A program made the translations under genes and the position numbers. The notes below the pieces were generated by a model that ran no database searches, was not told the origin of the DNA, and worked only from the letters and a program-made list of their open reading frames with translations. A stretch of 62,990 nt of DNA, the filler included. It is 5 parts of 5 records of this genome, joined end to end, with 100 filler letters (N's around TTAATTAATTAA, not from the genome) between each part and the next. Parts side by side here need not be neighbours in the genome. Positions count along the whole stretch, not along the records: positions 10,544 to 27,308 come from DRR723986_6278; positions 27,409 to 33,850 come from DRR723986_6283; 3 more parts are not named here. One strand, written 5' to 3'. Each line of letters begins with the position of its first letter. Position 1 is the first letter of the stretch. Below are positions 19,157 to 27,783 of the stretch, piece after piece.

Positions 19157-20593
19157 TTATGCTGCAATATCTTTTTCAGCCTTGCTGTTAGACGCTTCGG
19201 ACTTTGCGTCATTTTCTTGTTCAGTTGACGGCACGTGTCCTTGATCACTTTCGCCTGCCTGGCGATCTTTATCTGGCGGTGTCAGGTTTTCCTGGCCGCT
19301 TTTTAGGTGCAGGCTGCGCTGAGGGAAAGGTATTTCAATGCCACCTTCCTTCAGGTTATCCCAAACAGCAAACATTACGTCACTTTGAACCCGCCAGCGT
19401 CCTTTCAAGACATCGTCCATCCAAAAAATCAGCAAGAAATCTACTGAACTGTCACCAAACTCACGCAAAAGGCATTCTGGTTTATGGTCAGGAGACCTGG
19501 ACACGCCATCGTAATTTTTTGCCGCCGACAATATTAATTTTTGGGCTTCCTTTAAGTCTGCGTCATAAGAGACACCGACAGGAATGGTGATACGCCCCAT
19601 GTTTGATGTGTGTGTGTAGTTTGAAACACGTGATGTGATAAAGTCTTCGTTGGGTACCATAACCTCTTGACCGTCGAGGGTTTCAATGATGCTGGCACGT
19701 GCGCCAAGCCTGCGCATGTGGCCAAAAATACCATTGTCCATTTCAACCAGATTACCAAGAGTGATTGAACGTTCACTCAACAATATGATGCCGCTGATAA
19801 AGTTTGAGGCAATTTTTTGCAAGCCAAACCCAAGGCCAACACCCAGTGCACCGCCAAAGACGGTAAGCGCAGTCAGATCAATGCCTATAAGGTCTATGGT
19901 GATAATGAAAAGGATAATGTAAAGACAAATGTCAAACAGCTTTACCAGTAATTCTTTGGTTGAAATATTTAGATTTTCTTTCCCGCGAATGTAATTTGTA
20001 CCGGTTTCGCTAAGGAAGCGGCCCATCGAAAAAATGACACTGAAAAACACCAAAGCCTTAACAATTGTGTAGGCGGTGATTTCGACTTTTCCCAATGTGA
20101 AGCCTATGCTTTCGAGCGCAACTGTAACGGCGGTTAATTCATTGAATTGCAGTAGAATGGCGGCAGGTAACAAGACCCATGTTGCGATAGAGCGAATAAG
20201 AGGGCTGCCGACAAAAGACTGTATAGCAGACCATAGAAGCCAGATAACGAACATACCTAATACGAAGGTCAAAACATCGACACTGCCGCCCAGTAATGAC
20301 CATGTTACTGTAACCAACTTGGCCAGCACTATTGAAATTAATGGGGCCGACAAGTCCAATGCTTTTGTCAGCGTGGTGCGCAGAAAACCTTCATCATTGT
20401 TTTTAAAGGGGGTATAGCGTTTGTTCAGAAACCAACTGGTCATTACGCCAATCAAGAGAATGGCGGATGCGATGCCGATTTGTATGTGCGTATCTTGACG
20501 CTCCAGCAATGCTGCGGTTTGATCAATACGCTCGATAAAAAATTGCTTGATAAACAGAATTATATCAACGTCTTGTGTCTCGATGTTTGGCAT
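19157..20593 (-). CDS. Small-conductance mechanosensitive channel (MscS family)
   Basis: GGALGVGLGFGLQKIASNFISGIILL, VGVSYDAD, FGDSSVDF, IEIPFPQR; start 20593 with AAGGAG RBS. Confidence 0.93.
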   Translation of the reverse strand: MPNIETQDVDIILFIKQFFIERIDQTAALLERQDTHIQIGIASAILLIGVMTSWFLNKRYTPFKNNDEGFLRTTLTKALDLSAPLISIVLAKLVTVTWSLLGGSVDVLTFVLGMFVIWLLWSAIQSFVGSPLIRSIATWVLLPAAILLQFNELTAVTVALESIGFTLGKVEITAYTIVKALVFFSVIFSMGRFLSETGTNYIRGKENLNISTKELLVKLFDICLYIILFIITIDLIGIDLTALTVFGGALGVGLGFGLQKIASNFISGIILLSERSITLGNLVEMDNGIFGHMRRLGARASIIETLDGQEVMVPNEDFITSRVSNYTHTSNMGRITIPVGVSYDADLKEAQKLILSAAKNYDGVSRSPDHKPECLLREFGDSSVDFLLIFWMDDVLKGRWRVQSDVMFAVWDNLKEGGIEIPFPQRSLHLKSGQENLTPPDKDRQAGESDQGHVPSTEQENDAKSEASNSKAEKDIAA

Positions 20594-20661
20594 GTCTATC
20601 TCCTTACCCATTATAGTACTGAATTTGGGATCAGGATATAACGGGGAGGTCATGCTGAACT

Positions 20662-20678
20662 TATAAAAAACATATAAA
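20662..20678 (-). promoter_or_regulatory. KdpE-box-like direct repeat upstream of mscS
   Basis: Minus strand TTTATA-TGTTT-TTTATA. Confidence 0.55.
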
Positions 20679-20749
20679 GAAAAAATATACCGCATACCTT
20701 GATTTAGCGGCCTTTTGGGGAGCTTATCTTACCTGATACCCATTGCTTT

Positions 20750-20766
20750 TTTATCAATGATTTACA
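20750..20766 (+). promoter_or_regulatory. KdpE-box-like direct repeat upstream of lipoprotein
   Basis: (TT)TTTATC-AATGA-TTTACA. Confidence 0.6.
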
Positions 20767-20847
20767 GTTTTGCCGGATTGATCATATCGAAATTTCACTT
20801 CTCCATCTGTAGTCTTGCGCATGATTGTTAATGAGGAGGGTTTTGAA

Positions 20848-21372
20848 ATGACCAAATTACTTTTGACGTTACCACTCGCATTGGGCGTTGCCGCATGCGC
20901 ATCATCAGGCGGGCCTAACTATATGGCGGCAAGCGATGACGGTGACTATGGTTACTATGAAAGTGCGCTCGATTATAATCATTACCGAGTTGCCTATAAA
21001 ATTAGAGGTAATGCTGTAGAAAAGGCAAAAGATTATGCACTCGTACGCGCTGCCGAGCTCACGCTTCAGAACGGTTACGAGTGGTTTGAAGTTGTTGACC
21101 GAAATACAGACGTAAAAGAGCGAGAAACACATGACGCAAATGCGCGTATGCGAATTCGGGCAACAACCTACCGTGAATGCGGGTTACTTCGTTGCACAAC
21201 AGTAAACCGTCCAGCCTATGTTGACCCTGATTATTATGGGCGGAATGACCGCTCAATCCCGGAGTCAACGGTAACATTTATTGAGGTTGCAATGGGTAAA
21301 GGCGAAAAGCCATCTGGCAGTAACGTTTATGATGCTCGGACGCTGTCTGCGACCATTAGCACGCGCTCTTAA
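20848..21372 (+). CDS. Lipoprotein (CC0125/CC1285-like)
   Basis: Lipobox VAAC; GYYE...YRV.Y, YALVRAAELTLQNGYEWF, VYDA. Confidence 0.75.
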   Translation: MTKLLLTLPLALGVAACASSGGPNYMAASDDGDYGYYESALDYNHYRVAYKIRGNAVEKAKDYALVRAAELTLQNGYEWFEVVDRNTDVKERETHDANARMRIRATTYRECGLLRCTTVNRPAYVDPDYYGRNDRSIPESTVTFIEVAMGKGEKPSGSNVYDARTLSATISTRS

Positions 21373-21487
21373 GGCTTGCGGATAATAAGCAATGCTTTGA
21401 TAAGCGCTTTTACATCCCGTGGCTAAATAAAACTCCACATGCATTCATTTTTGAATTGTGTGTGGAGTTTGTGTTTGGAGAAAAGAA

Positions 21488-22312
21488 ATGAATGACCAGC
21501 ATGACATAAATGACCACGCCTTAGACGAGAGTGAAGATGAAATTGTCCCTAAGCGCCCCCGACCAGCGGAAATTTACGATGCTATCCTTGACGAAGGTGA
21601 AGAGGAGCTAGAGCGAGAGTTCTCGGCTTTATGGTGGTCTGGGCTGACTGCAGGTCTTTCAATGGGCTTTTCTGTGGTGGCGTCAGCAGCTTTAATGGTT
21701 GCTTTTCATGGTCAGGCTTGGGCGCACCCTATTGTTGCGCTTGGATACTCTGCGGGCTTTATTATCGTTATTTTGGCGCGTCAGCAGCTGTTTACTGAAA
21801 ATACAATCACGGCGTTATTGCCTGTTTTGGCTCGGCGATCATGGGCAACGGGGTATGACATGCTGCGCTTGTGGGCTATCGTCCTTTTAGCCAATCTGGT
21901 TGGTGCCGCTATTTTTGGCTGGTTAACTACTGAACCAACGTTGTTCAGTGCTGATATTCGTGCAGCATTTGTTGAGCTTGGCCATCACTTGTTTGAAAAT
22001 AGTGCCAAGGAAATGCTTGTGAAAGGCATTGCTGCCGGATGGTTAATCGCAGCCCTTGTGTGGGTTTTGCCAGGCGTCAATATGGGTAAGTTCTGGATCA
22101 TCATGTTCTTTACCTCTTTGATTTCGCTTGGTGAGTTTACTCATATTATTGCAGGCTCCATTGAAAGTTTTCACATGCTATTCATGGGCAAAATCACGAC
22201 CAGCCAACTGTTCTTGCAGTTTATGATTCCGACGCTTTTGGGCAATGTTGTAGGAGGTAGTGCTATCTTTTCATTGGCCAGTTATGCGCAGGTACGCCGG
22301 GAAGTTATCTAG
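21488..22312 (+). CDS. Formate/nitrite transporter family (YfdC-like)
   Basis: EGEEELER, AGLSMGFS, QQLFTENT, FTHIIAGS, LLGNVVGG. Confidence 0.9.
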   Translation: MNDQHDINDHALDESEDEIVPKRPRPAEIYDAILDEGEEELEREFSALWWSGLTAGLSMGFSVVASAALMVAFHGQAWAHPIVALGYSAGFIIVILARQQLFTENTITALLPVLARRSWATGYDMLRLWAIVLLANLVGAAIFGWLTTEPTLFSADIRAAFVELGHHLFENSAKEMLVKGIAAGWLIAALVWVLPGVNMGKFWIIMFFTSLISLGEFTHIIAGSIESFHMLFMGKITTSQLFLQFMIPTLLGNVVGGSAIFSLASYAQVRREVI

Positions 22313-22405
22313 CCATTTAAGCCACACATACCATCATAGAAACAGATGGAATGTAAACAAGCCAAGCGCATAGTATATTTGATGTGTGCTTGGCCCTGTT
22401 TGCTT

Positions 22406-22422
22406 TTTATGCAATCTTTACA
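22406..22422 (+). promoter_or_regulatory. KdpE-box-like direct repeat upstream of dps
   Basis: (TT)TTTATG-CAATC-TTTACA. Confidence 0.6.
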
Positions 22423-22493
22423 TTGCTATGGTGCCTCCATATCGAAAATTCATTCGGAAAATAGGAATATCTCCTTAAACAAAGGAGATTAAA

Positions 22494-23402
22494 GTGAATT
22501 TAGTTAATAAAAAAATTGAAAAACTATCGCCCCATGACGACCTGGCTATTCACCTAAAGAGCTTAATAGAAGAATACCCTGTGATACTGGGTAAGTATGG
22601 TTTGCTGGATGTTTTTACTTCTTTGCATCTAGAAGTCGCTGAAGCTGGAAGCATGGCGAACGATCAAGTTCAGTCGTTACAACAGCAAGCATTCACATTA
22701 TTGTCGGATGCGGAACAGATTATTCAGGCTTCGTTTCAGGAACAGCAACGGGCGGTGGAAGAGTTTCCAACGGTCAATCAAAATACAGAAGATGAACAAC
22801 TCAATTATGGCGGCGCAGTGCGCACACTGCAGGCAGCCCGCGGTGCATTTGATGCCTGGGTAGAGGCTTCTGAGATTATTAGCGCAAAAGGAGAAAACAC
22901 GGTGAACGTTTCCAAACCAATAGAAGACGGGCAAGGTAATGATATTGGTGTGAGCAGAAGTGGCCGCGAAGATGTGGCAGAGGAGCTGGGGTCCATGCTC
23001 GCTTCCACATACTCTTTATATGTGAAATCTCTATTTTATCATTGGAATGTAACGGGCCCTCAATTCCATGGTTTGCATGCACTTTTTGAGGAACATTATC
23101 AAAATCTGCATGAGGCAGGCGATGACATTGCCGAGCGTATACGTTCGCTTGGTCATTTCACACCCGGCAGTCTGCAAGCGTTTGCTAAGCTTTCAGTGGT
23201 AAATGACGATGAAAAGTTACCTGATAATGCTGATGCTATGTTAGCAAGCCTTCAAGAGGCACACGAGTTGTGCGCCAACAAGGCCCGCAGTGTTATGGCG
23301 GTTGCGGACAAGGTGGAAGATGAAGTAACGGCAGATATGATGATATCAAGGATGCAGTTTCATGACCAAGCGATTTGGATGCTTAGTTCTTCGCGAAGCT
23401 AA
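22494..23402 (+). CDS. dps: Dps family protein with ~136-aa N-terminal extension; internal in-frame GTG at 22902
   Basis: C-terminal HWNVTGPQFHGLHALFEEHY, DDIAERIRSLG, DEVTADM, WML; RBS before both 22494 and 22902. Confidence 0.85.
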   Translation: MNLVNKKIEKLSPHDDLAIHLKSLIEEYPVILGKYGLLDVFTSLHLEVAEAGSMANDQVQSLQQQAFTLLSDAEQIIQASFQEQQRAVEEFPTVNQNTEDEQLNYGGAVRTLQAARGAFDAWVEASEIISAKGENTVNVSKPIEDGQGNDIGVSRSGREDVAEELGSMLASTYSLYVKSLFYHWNVTGPQFHGLHALFEEHYQNLHEAGDDIAERIRSLGHFTPGSLQAFAKLSVVNDDEKLPDNADAMLASLQEAHELCANKARSVMAVADKVEDEVTADMMISRMQFHDQAIWMLSSSRS

Positions 23403-23440
23403 GTTTCTACCATGAACTAATAGATGAATGTACAAGGTAT

Positions 23441-23469
23441 AAAAAGGCGGGCACTTGCTCGCCTTTTTT
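23441..23469. terminator. Bidirectional terminator
   Basis: AAAAAGGCGGGCA-ct-TGCTCGCCTTTTTT between dps and cls. Confidence 0.75.
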
Positions 23470-23505
23470 GCATGATTGGCCAGCTCTTAAAGCATAAGGG
23501 AAGGG

Positions 23506-24582
23506 TTATAAGAAATGCCTTAAACCAGACAATAGAACGCCAGCGCATTTCTCTGAGAATGGACGGCCTATCCAGGCTTCATTGTCGAAGAAAAGCGAGG
23601 CAGTCTTGTCTTTCTTGAAATGTGAAAGTAGTTCAGAGGCGAAGCCTGTATCGGTAGACGTAATCATAACTTCCTGATTGTGATGCAAACTTAAACCATC
23701 GAGATTGCAACTGCCAATGGCAGACCAATGCTCATCGATGACCATCATTTTAAGGTGCAGCATGTGCGGTTCAAAATAATATATTTTGACGCCATTTTTG
23801 ATGAGGTCGCCGCAAAGTTTTTTGCCGACAACATAAGGCTGATATTTTGAGTAATTTGATAGAATTATTTCTACCAGACAACCCTTTTGGGATCGCTCTT
23901 TTAGTATATCAAGTAGCTCACTATGCGGGGTAAAATAGGGTGTTACCAGCCTTATGGAATGCTTTGCGCTCTTGAGCCGGTTCATGAGTAAGTCCGTGTA
24001 TCTAGTCTCGCCAGATTCAGGGGCATTGGCATAAACTGAAAAAGACGCAGAGTCGGTATATTCAGGGTGTGCTTTAATATCCTCTTCATTACCCTCAATT
24101 TTTAGCCAGGTTTGTTCAAAAACATGACGAAGCTGATCGACAAGAGTGCCTGAAACTTCAATCATTGTGTCTCGCCATTCTTTATAGTTTTGGTTAATGC
24201 AAACACCACCTGCATAGGCCGTTTTATTGTCGATTATGAAAATTTTGCGGTGATCGCGCGGCAGAAAACGCGGGCTTTTGACAAGCCATTTCCATGACGG
24301 TGGTCTAAAAAAGCGTACCTCTACACCTGCATCTTCTAGGCTTCTCAAAATGTCTTTACGGGTAATGCTTTTGCATCCCCACCAATCAAGTAAAAGTCTA
24401 ACCTTAACGCCTGCTTTCGCGCGCTCGCGGAAAACGTCCATAAATGCATTCCCGATCTGGTCAGGCTGAAACACATATTCTTCCATTTCAATGGTCTGTG
24501 ATGCTTTTTTACAAGCTGACAGCATGGCATCCCATGCATCTGTGGTTTGGGTGTAAAATGATTTTACAAGCGTATCCGGCAT
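23506..24582 (-). CDS. Cardiolipin synthase / phospholipase D (ClsB-like)
   Basis: Two HKD motifs: DHRKIFIID and LHLKMMVID; TPYF; GS.NLD. Confidence 0.9.
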   Translation of the reverse strand: MPDTLVKSFYTQTTDAWDAMLSACKKASQTIEMEEYVFQPDQIGNAFMDVFRERAKAGVKVRLLLDWWGCKSITRKDILRSLEDAGVEVRFFRPPSWKWLVKSPRFLPRDHRKIFIIDNKTAYAGGVCINQNYKEWRDTMIEVSGTLVDQLRHVFEQTWLKIEGNEEDIKAHPEYTDSASFSVYANAPESGETRYTDLLMNRLKSAKHSIRLVTPYFTPHSELLDILKERSQKGCLVEIILSNYSKYQPYVVGKKLCGDLIKNGVKIYYFEPHMLHLKMMVIDEHWSAIGSCNLDGLSLHHNQEVMITSTDTGFASELLSHFKKDKTASLFFDNEAWIGRPFSEKCAGVLLSGLRHFL

Positions 24583-24679
24583 TATGTTTCCCCAAAAAAA
24601 ATAGCATCTTGCATTATGCTGAATGCTATTTATTCAATGAGTTAATGATTGTTATGCAACACCGCGTAATCGTGCATTT

Positions 24680-24856
24680 TTATCCGACTGTGCGTTCTGG
24701 ACGCGACGCGATAATATAAACCGCATGAACGATACCTGGAATATATCCAAACAAGGTTAGGAGTATATTAATCCAAAAGTGTTTGCCGATACCAACTTGT
24801 AAGAATACACCTAGTGGCGGCAAAATGAGTGATAAGATGATGCGGATAATGTCCAT
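24680..24856 (-). CDS. YqaE/Pmp3 family small membrane protein (not in ORF track)
   Basis: MDIIRIILSLILPPLGVFLQVGIGKHFWINILLTLFGYIPGIVHAVYIIASRPERTVG; AAGGAG RBS. Confidence 0.93.
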   Translation of the reverse strand: MDIIRIILSLILPPLGVFLQVGIGKHFWINILLTLFGYIPGIVHAVYIIASRPERTVG

Positions 24857-24866
24857 TTTTATCTCC

Positions 24867-25070
24867 TTATGATTTAAAGCTTTCCTGCCAGTTATGAATT
24901 GCTTTTCTGGCCTCTTCTTTGGATTTACCGTATTTTTCTTGCAGCAGACCTGACAGTTTGGTCATGTCACCATCTACCTTTTCAAGGTCATCATCGGTAA
25001 GTTCGCCCCACTGTTGCTGGGCTGTGCCTTTTAGTTGTTTCCATTTTCCTTTAATAATATCTGCATTCAT
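24867..25070 (-). CDS. CsbD family stress protein
   Basis: MNADIIKGKWKQLKG.AQQQWGELTDDDL...LQEKYG. Confidence 0.93.
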   Translation of the reverse strand: MNADIIKGKWKQLKGTAQQQWGELTDDDLEKVDGDMTKLSGLLQEKYGKSKEEARKAIHNWQESFKS

Positions 25071-25165
25071 GCTGAACCTCCTTTGGGGATTAATTTTTAA
25101 ATCTTTTAACCATCACACAGTGATCGAGACTGCATCATTTTGAAATTGGGCCAGGCCGGGTGTGG

Positions 25166-25182
25166 TATAAAAATTCCATAAC
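25166..25182 (-). promoter_or_regulatory. KdpE-box-like direct repeat upstream of csbD-yqaE(-cls)
   Basis: Minus strand GTTATG-GAATT-TTTATA. Confidence 0.5.
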
Positions 25183-25219
25183 TTTAGCTGGCCCAAACAC
25201 ATTTCATTGTGGTCCGCTG

Positions 25220-25915
25220 TTATTTTGGAATAGAGGCTTTGCTAACAACCACTCGGCCTAATCCAAGCAGTAAAATGAACCCCAACACAATAAGTGACAT
25301 TTCCAGGCTCAGTATGTCGTTAGCGCTTTTGATAGAGGCCAATTCAACGCCTGTTATCACATAGAAGGCAACCCAGGGCACAACACCGATAAGAGTTGCA
25401 ATGAAAAATACCCTAGTGTTCACTTTAGTTACACCCATGAAAAGATTGGTCAAACCAACTGGCAGGGCGGGTGCGAACCTTAGCAATATAATCGTAAGCC
25501 AGCTGTTTTTTACGACAACCTTATTGAGCGATTTTGTTTTCTTGGGATACTTGCCTTGAACCCACCGTGCAAACATATAGCGTGACGTTAGGAAGCCGGT
25601 GAGTGAACCCAAGGCTGTTGATACGGCGGCAATTGTAATACCCCAAAGTGGCCCAAGCACTGCGCCGGCAAGAAGGTTCATTAGAAAGAGGCCCGGAAGA
25701 AAGAGGGCAACAATTACGACATATATAGTAATGTATAGAACTACAAAATACACCGGGTTATCGGCATATTGCTGCTCAAGAACAGAGAGCGATGCCTGCA
25801 GTTTTTCCAGCGTTAAGTAATCATTACTCGCTAACCATACAGTTGCGCCCGATATAATTATGAACAAGGCAGTTCCGATAATTTTGCGCAATTTTTTTAC
25901 GGTGTCGCTGGTCAT
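25220..25915 (-). CDS. TVP38/TMEM64 (DedA/SNARE-associated) membrane protein
   Basis: LFLPG...LAGAVLG, LLRFAPALP, FFIATLIGVVP; start uncertain (25915-25954). Confidence 0.85.
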   Translation of the reverse strand: MTSDTVKKLRKIIGTALFIIISGATVWLASNDYLTLEKLQASLSVLEQQYADNPVYFVVLYITIYVVIVALFLPGLFLMNLLAGAVLGPLWGITIAAVSTALGSLTGFLTSRYMFARWVQGKYPKKTKSLNKVVVKNSWLTIILLRFAPALPVGLTNLFMGVTKVNTRVFFIATLIGVVPWVAFYVITGVELASIKSANDILSLEMSLIVLGFILLLGLGRVVVSKASIPK

Positions 25916-26084
25916 GAAGCTCTCAATTTCTTTCTTTAAAGCAGCGCCGATCAATCAGCAGGTTGCATGGGTTACAATTGGTTCATTGTGCCGTTGAGCT
26001 TGTCAGGAAGAAATGTGCGGCCTATGGCGTGCTTATAAGTTTTTCATCAGTATGGTTATCTTTGTAAGAGAGGCTTTGCCCATT

Positions 26085-26101
26085 TTTATGCGTTCTTTAC
26101 A
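26085..26101 (+). promoter_or_regulatory. KdpE-box-like direct repeat upstream of amidoligase
   Basis: CATT-TTTATG-CGTTC-TTTACA-CC; closest match to the E. coli site including flanks. Confidence 0.62.
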
Positions 26102-26172
26102 CCGGAGCGCTAGAGCCCAATCTCAAATTTAGGCCGATGTTTGTATGGTCTGCATTGAAAAGGAAAAAGTTC

Positions 26173-27210
26173 ATGCAGACGTCAAAAATATTAGTAAGTT
26201 CAAATAGCGGTCATGATGCAGACCGCACTGTCGGTTTCGAGATAGAGTATGCAGACGTTCCGCTGGAAGTGGCGAGCGCTGAGATACGAAGGCTGTTCGG
26301 TGGGCATGTGGAAAAAATCACAACGGCAGAATGGACGGTGACAGACACAAACATCGGTACTTTCAAGCTTGAGATTGATGCCAACCCGATCAAGACCTGG
26401 GCAAGATCAGTAAACCCGGAAGCTGAAGCAAACTCAGATAATGTTAGTGAAATCAGACGGTTTGCAAATTCTGTCACGGACCAGGCGATTGATGCAATTG
26501 GGCCAAAGGTAGCACCACTGGAAATTGTGGCACCGCCAATTAGCATTGCAGACATTGAAAAGCTTGATGAGCTCAGAGCGGCGCTATTTACCCTGGATGC
26601 AGAAGGTACACGTGGCTCTTTGTTTAATGCATTTGGCTTGCACATTAATGCTGAAGCGCCGTCAATGGAGCCAACCAATATATTGCAGCATATTCAGGCG
26701 TTTGCCGTTCTGTACCCGCTGTTGCTGGATTTGCACAGTGTGGACGTGACGCGCCGTATATCGCCCTATATAGAGCCTTACAGTGAAGAATATCTCGCGC
26801 ATATTCTTGCCGACGATTATGCACCTTCTTTGCATCAACTGATCAAAGATTATCATGCTTACAACCCTTCGCGTGACAGGGCGCTTGATATGCTGCCTTT
26901 GTTTGCATACTTGGCACCTAACTTGGTGCGAGGGCTATACGGCAGTGAAGAAAAAATTAATGCCCGCCCAACGTATCATTACCGTTTACCTAACAGTGAA
27001 GTGGGTAACGAGAATTGGTCGCTTATGGCAGAATGGCGCCGTTGGTGCCTTGTCGAAAAGGTTGCTCGAAGCGCAGACTGCCTAGCTGACTTGCGAGCTC
27101 TGCATCGCACAAAAGATGACAGCTTTAATATTGCTGTATTGTTTGAGGCCAAAGTAGATCAGGTTAAGGCCATTAAGAACCTGTTAGAGGTCCATAATGT
27201 TGCATATTGA
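26173..27210 (+). CDS. Amidoligase family protein (Amidoligase_2)
   Basis: VGFEIE, PLEIVAPP, AFGLHIN, NPSRDRALDMLPL, RPTYHYRLPN. Confidence 0.85.
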   Translation: MQTSKILVSSNSGHDADRTVGFEIEYADVPLEVASAEIRRLFGGHVEKITTAEWTVTDTNIGTFKLEIDANPIKTWARSVNPEAEANSDNVSEIRRFANSVTDQAIDAIGPKVAPLEIVAPPISIADIEKLDELRAALFTLDAEGTRGSLFNAFGLHINAEAPSMEPTNILQHIQAFAVLYPLLLDLHSVDVTRRISPYIEPYSEEYLAHILADDYAPSLHQLIKDYHAYNPSRDRALDMLPLFAYLAPNLVRGLYGSEEKINARPTYHYRLPNSEVGNENWSLMAEWRRWCLVEKVARSADCLADLRALHRTKDDSFNIAVLFEAKVDQVKAIKNLLEVHNVAY

Positions 27211-27308
27211 TAGTCCTGATAAGCCACTGATCGGCATTACATGTGGGGCAAATCCAAACCCATTTACCATGATGTGTCATCAATATGCCGTCTATAGCGC
27301 AGGTGGAC
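27197..27308 (+). CDS. N-terminus of a peptidase C26 / gamma-glutamyl hydrolase-like glutamine amidotransferase (truncated)
   Basis: MLHIDSPDKPLIGITCG...AVYSAGG overlapping the amidoligase stop; KP.IGIT...AGG is typical of C26. Confidence 0.7.
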
Positions 27309-27408
27309 NNNNNNNNNNNNNNNNNNNNNNNNNNNNNNNNNNNNNNNNNNNNTTAATTAATTAANNNNNNNNNNNNNNNNNNNNNNNNNNNNNNNNNNNN
27401 NNNNNNNN
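27309..27408. other. Artificial contig linker
   Basis: N/TTAATTAATTAA/N. Confidence 0.99.
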
Positions 27409-27771
27409 CGCTTTGCGCAGACCCACTTTCTTACGCTCAACCTTACGGGCATCACGGGTTACGTAACCCGCTTTGCGCAGTGCCGGACGCAGAGTTTCGT
27501 CGTAGTCCATCAGAGCGCGAGTCAGACCGTGGCGAATGGCGCCAGCCTGGCCACTGATGCCGCCACCCTTTACGGTAATGGCGATATCGAAACGATCTTC
27601 GGATTCGGCAACCACCAGCGGCTGACGAACAATCATGCGCAGGGTTTCACGACCGAAGAAATCTTCGATAGTGCGACCGTTGATGGAGATGTTACCGCTA
27701 CCCGGCTTGATAAAGACGCGAGCCGTGGATGATTTGCGGCGACCAGTACCGTAATTTTGTGCTACAGACAT
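27409..27771 (-). CDS. rpsI: 30S ribosomal protein S9 (truncated at 3' end)
   Basis: [38 protein letters not shown]. Confidence 0.98.
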
Positions 27772-27783
27772 ATTCGCCTTCCG

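Noticed and set aside
26034-26050. Possible box upstream of the DedA gene (minus CTGATG-AAAAA-CTTATA)
   Set aside because: Too many mismatches to count as support.
13000-26170. EcfG/SigT promoters (GGAAC-N16/17-GTT) expected for alphaproteobacterial stress genes
   Set aside because: None found by eye upstream of the cluster genes; a PWM scan is needed to confirm absence.
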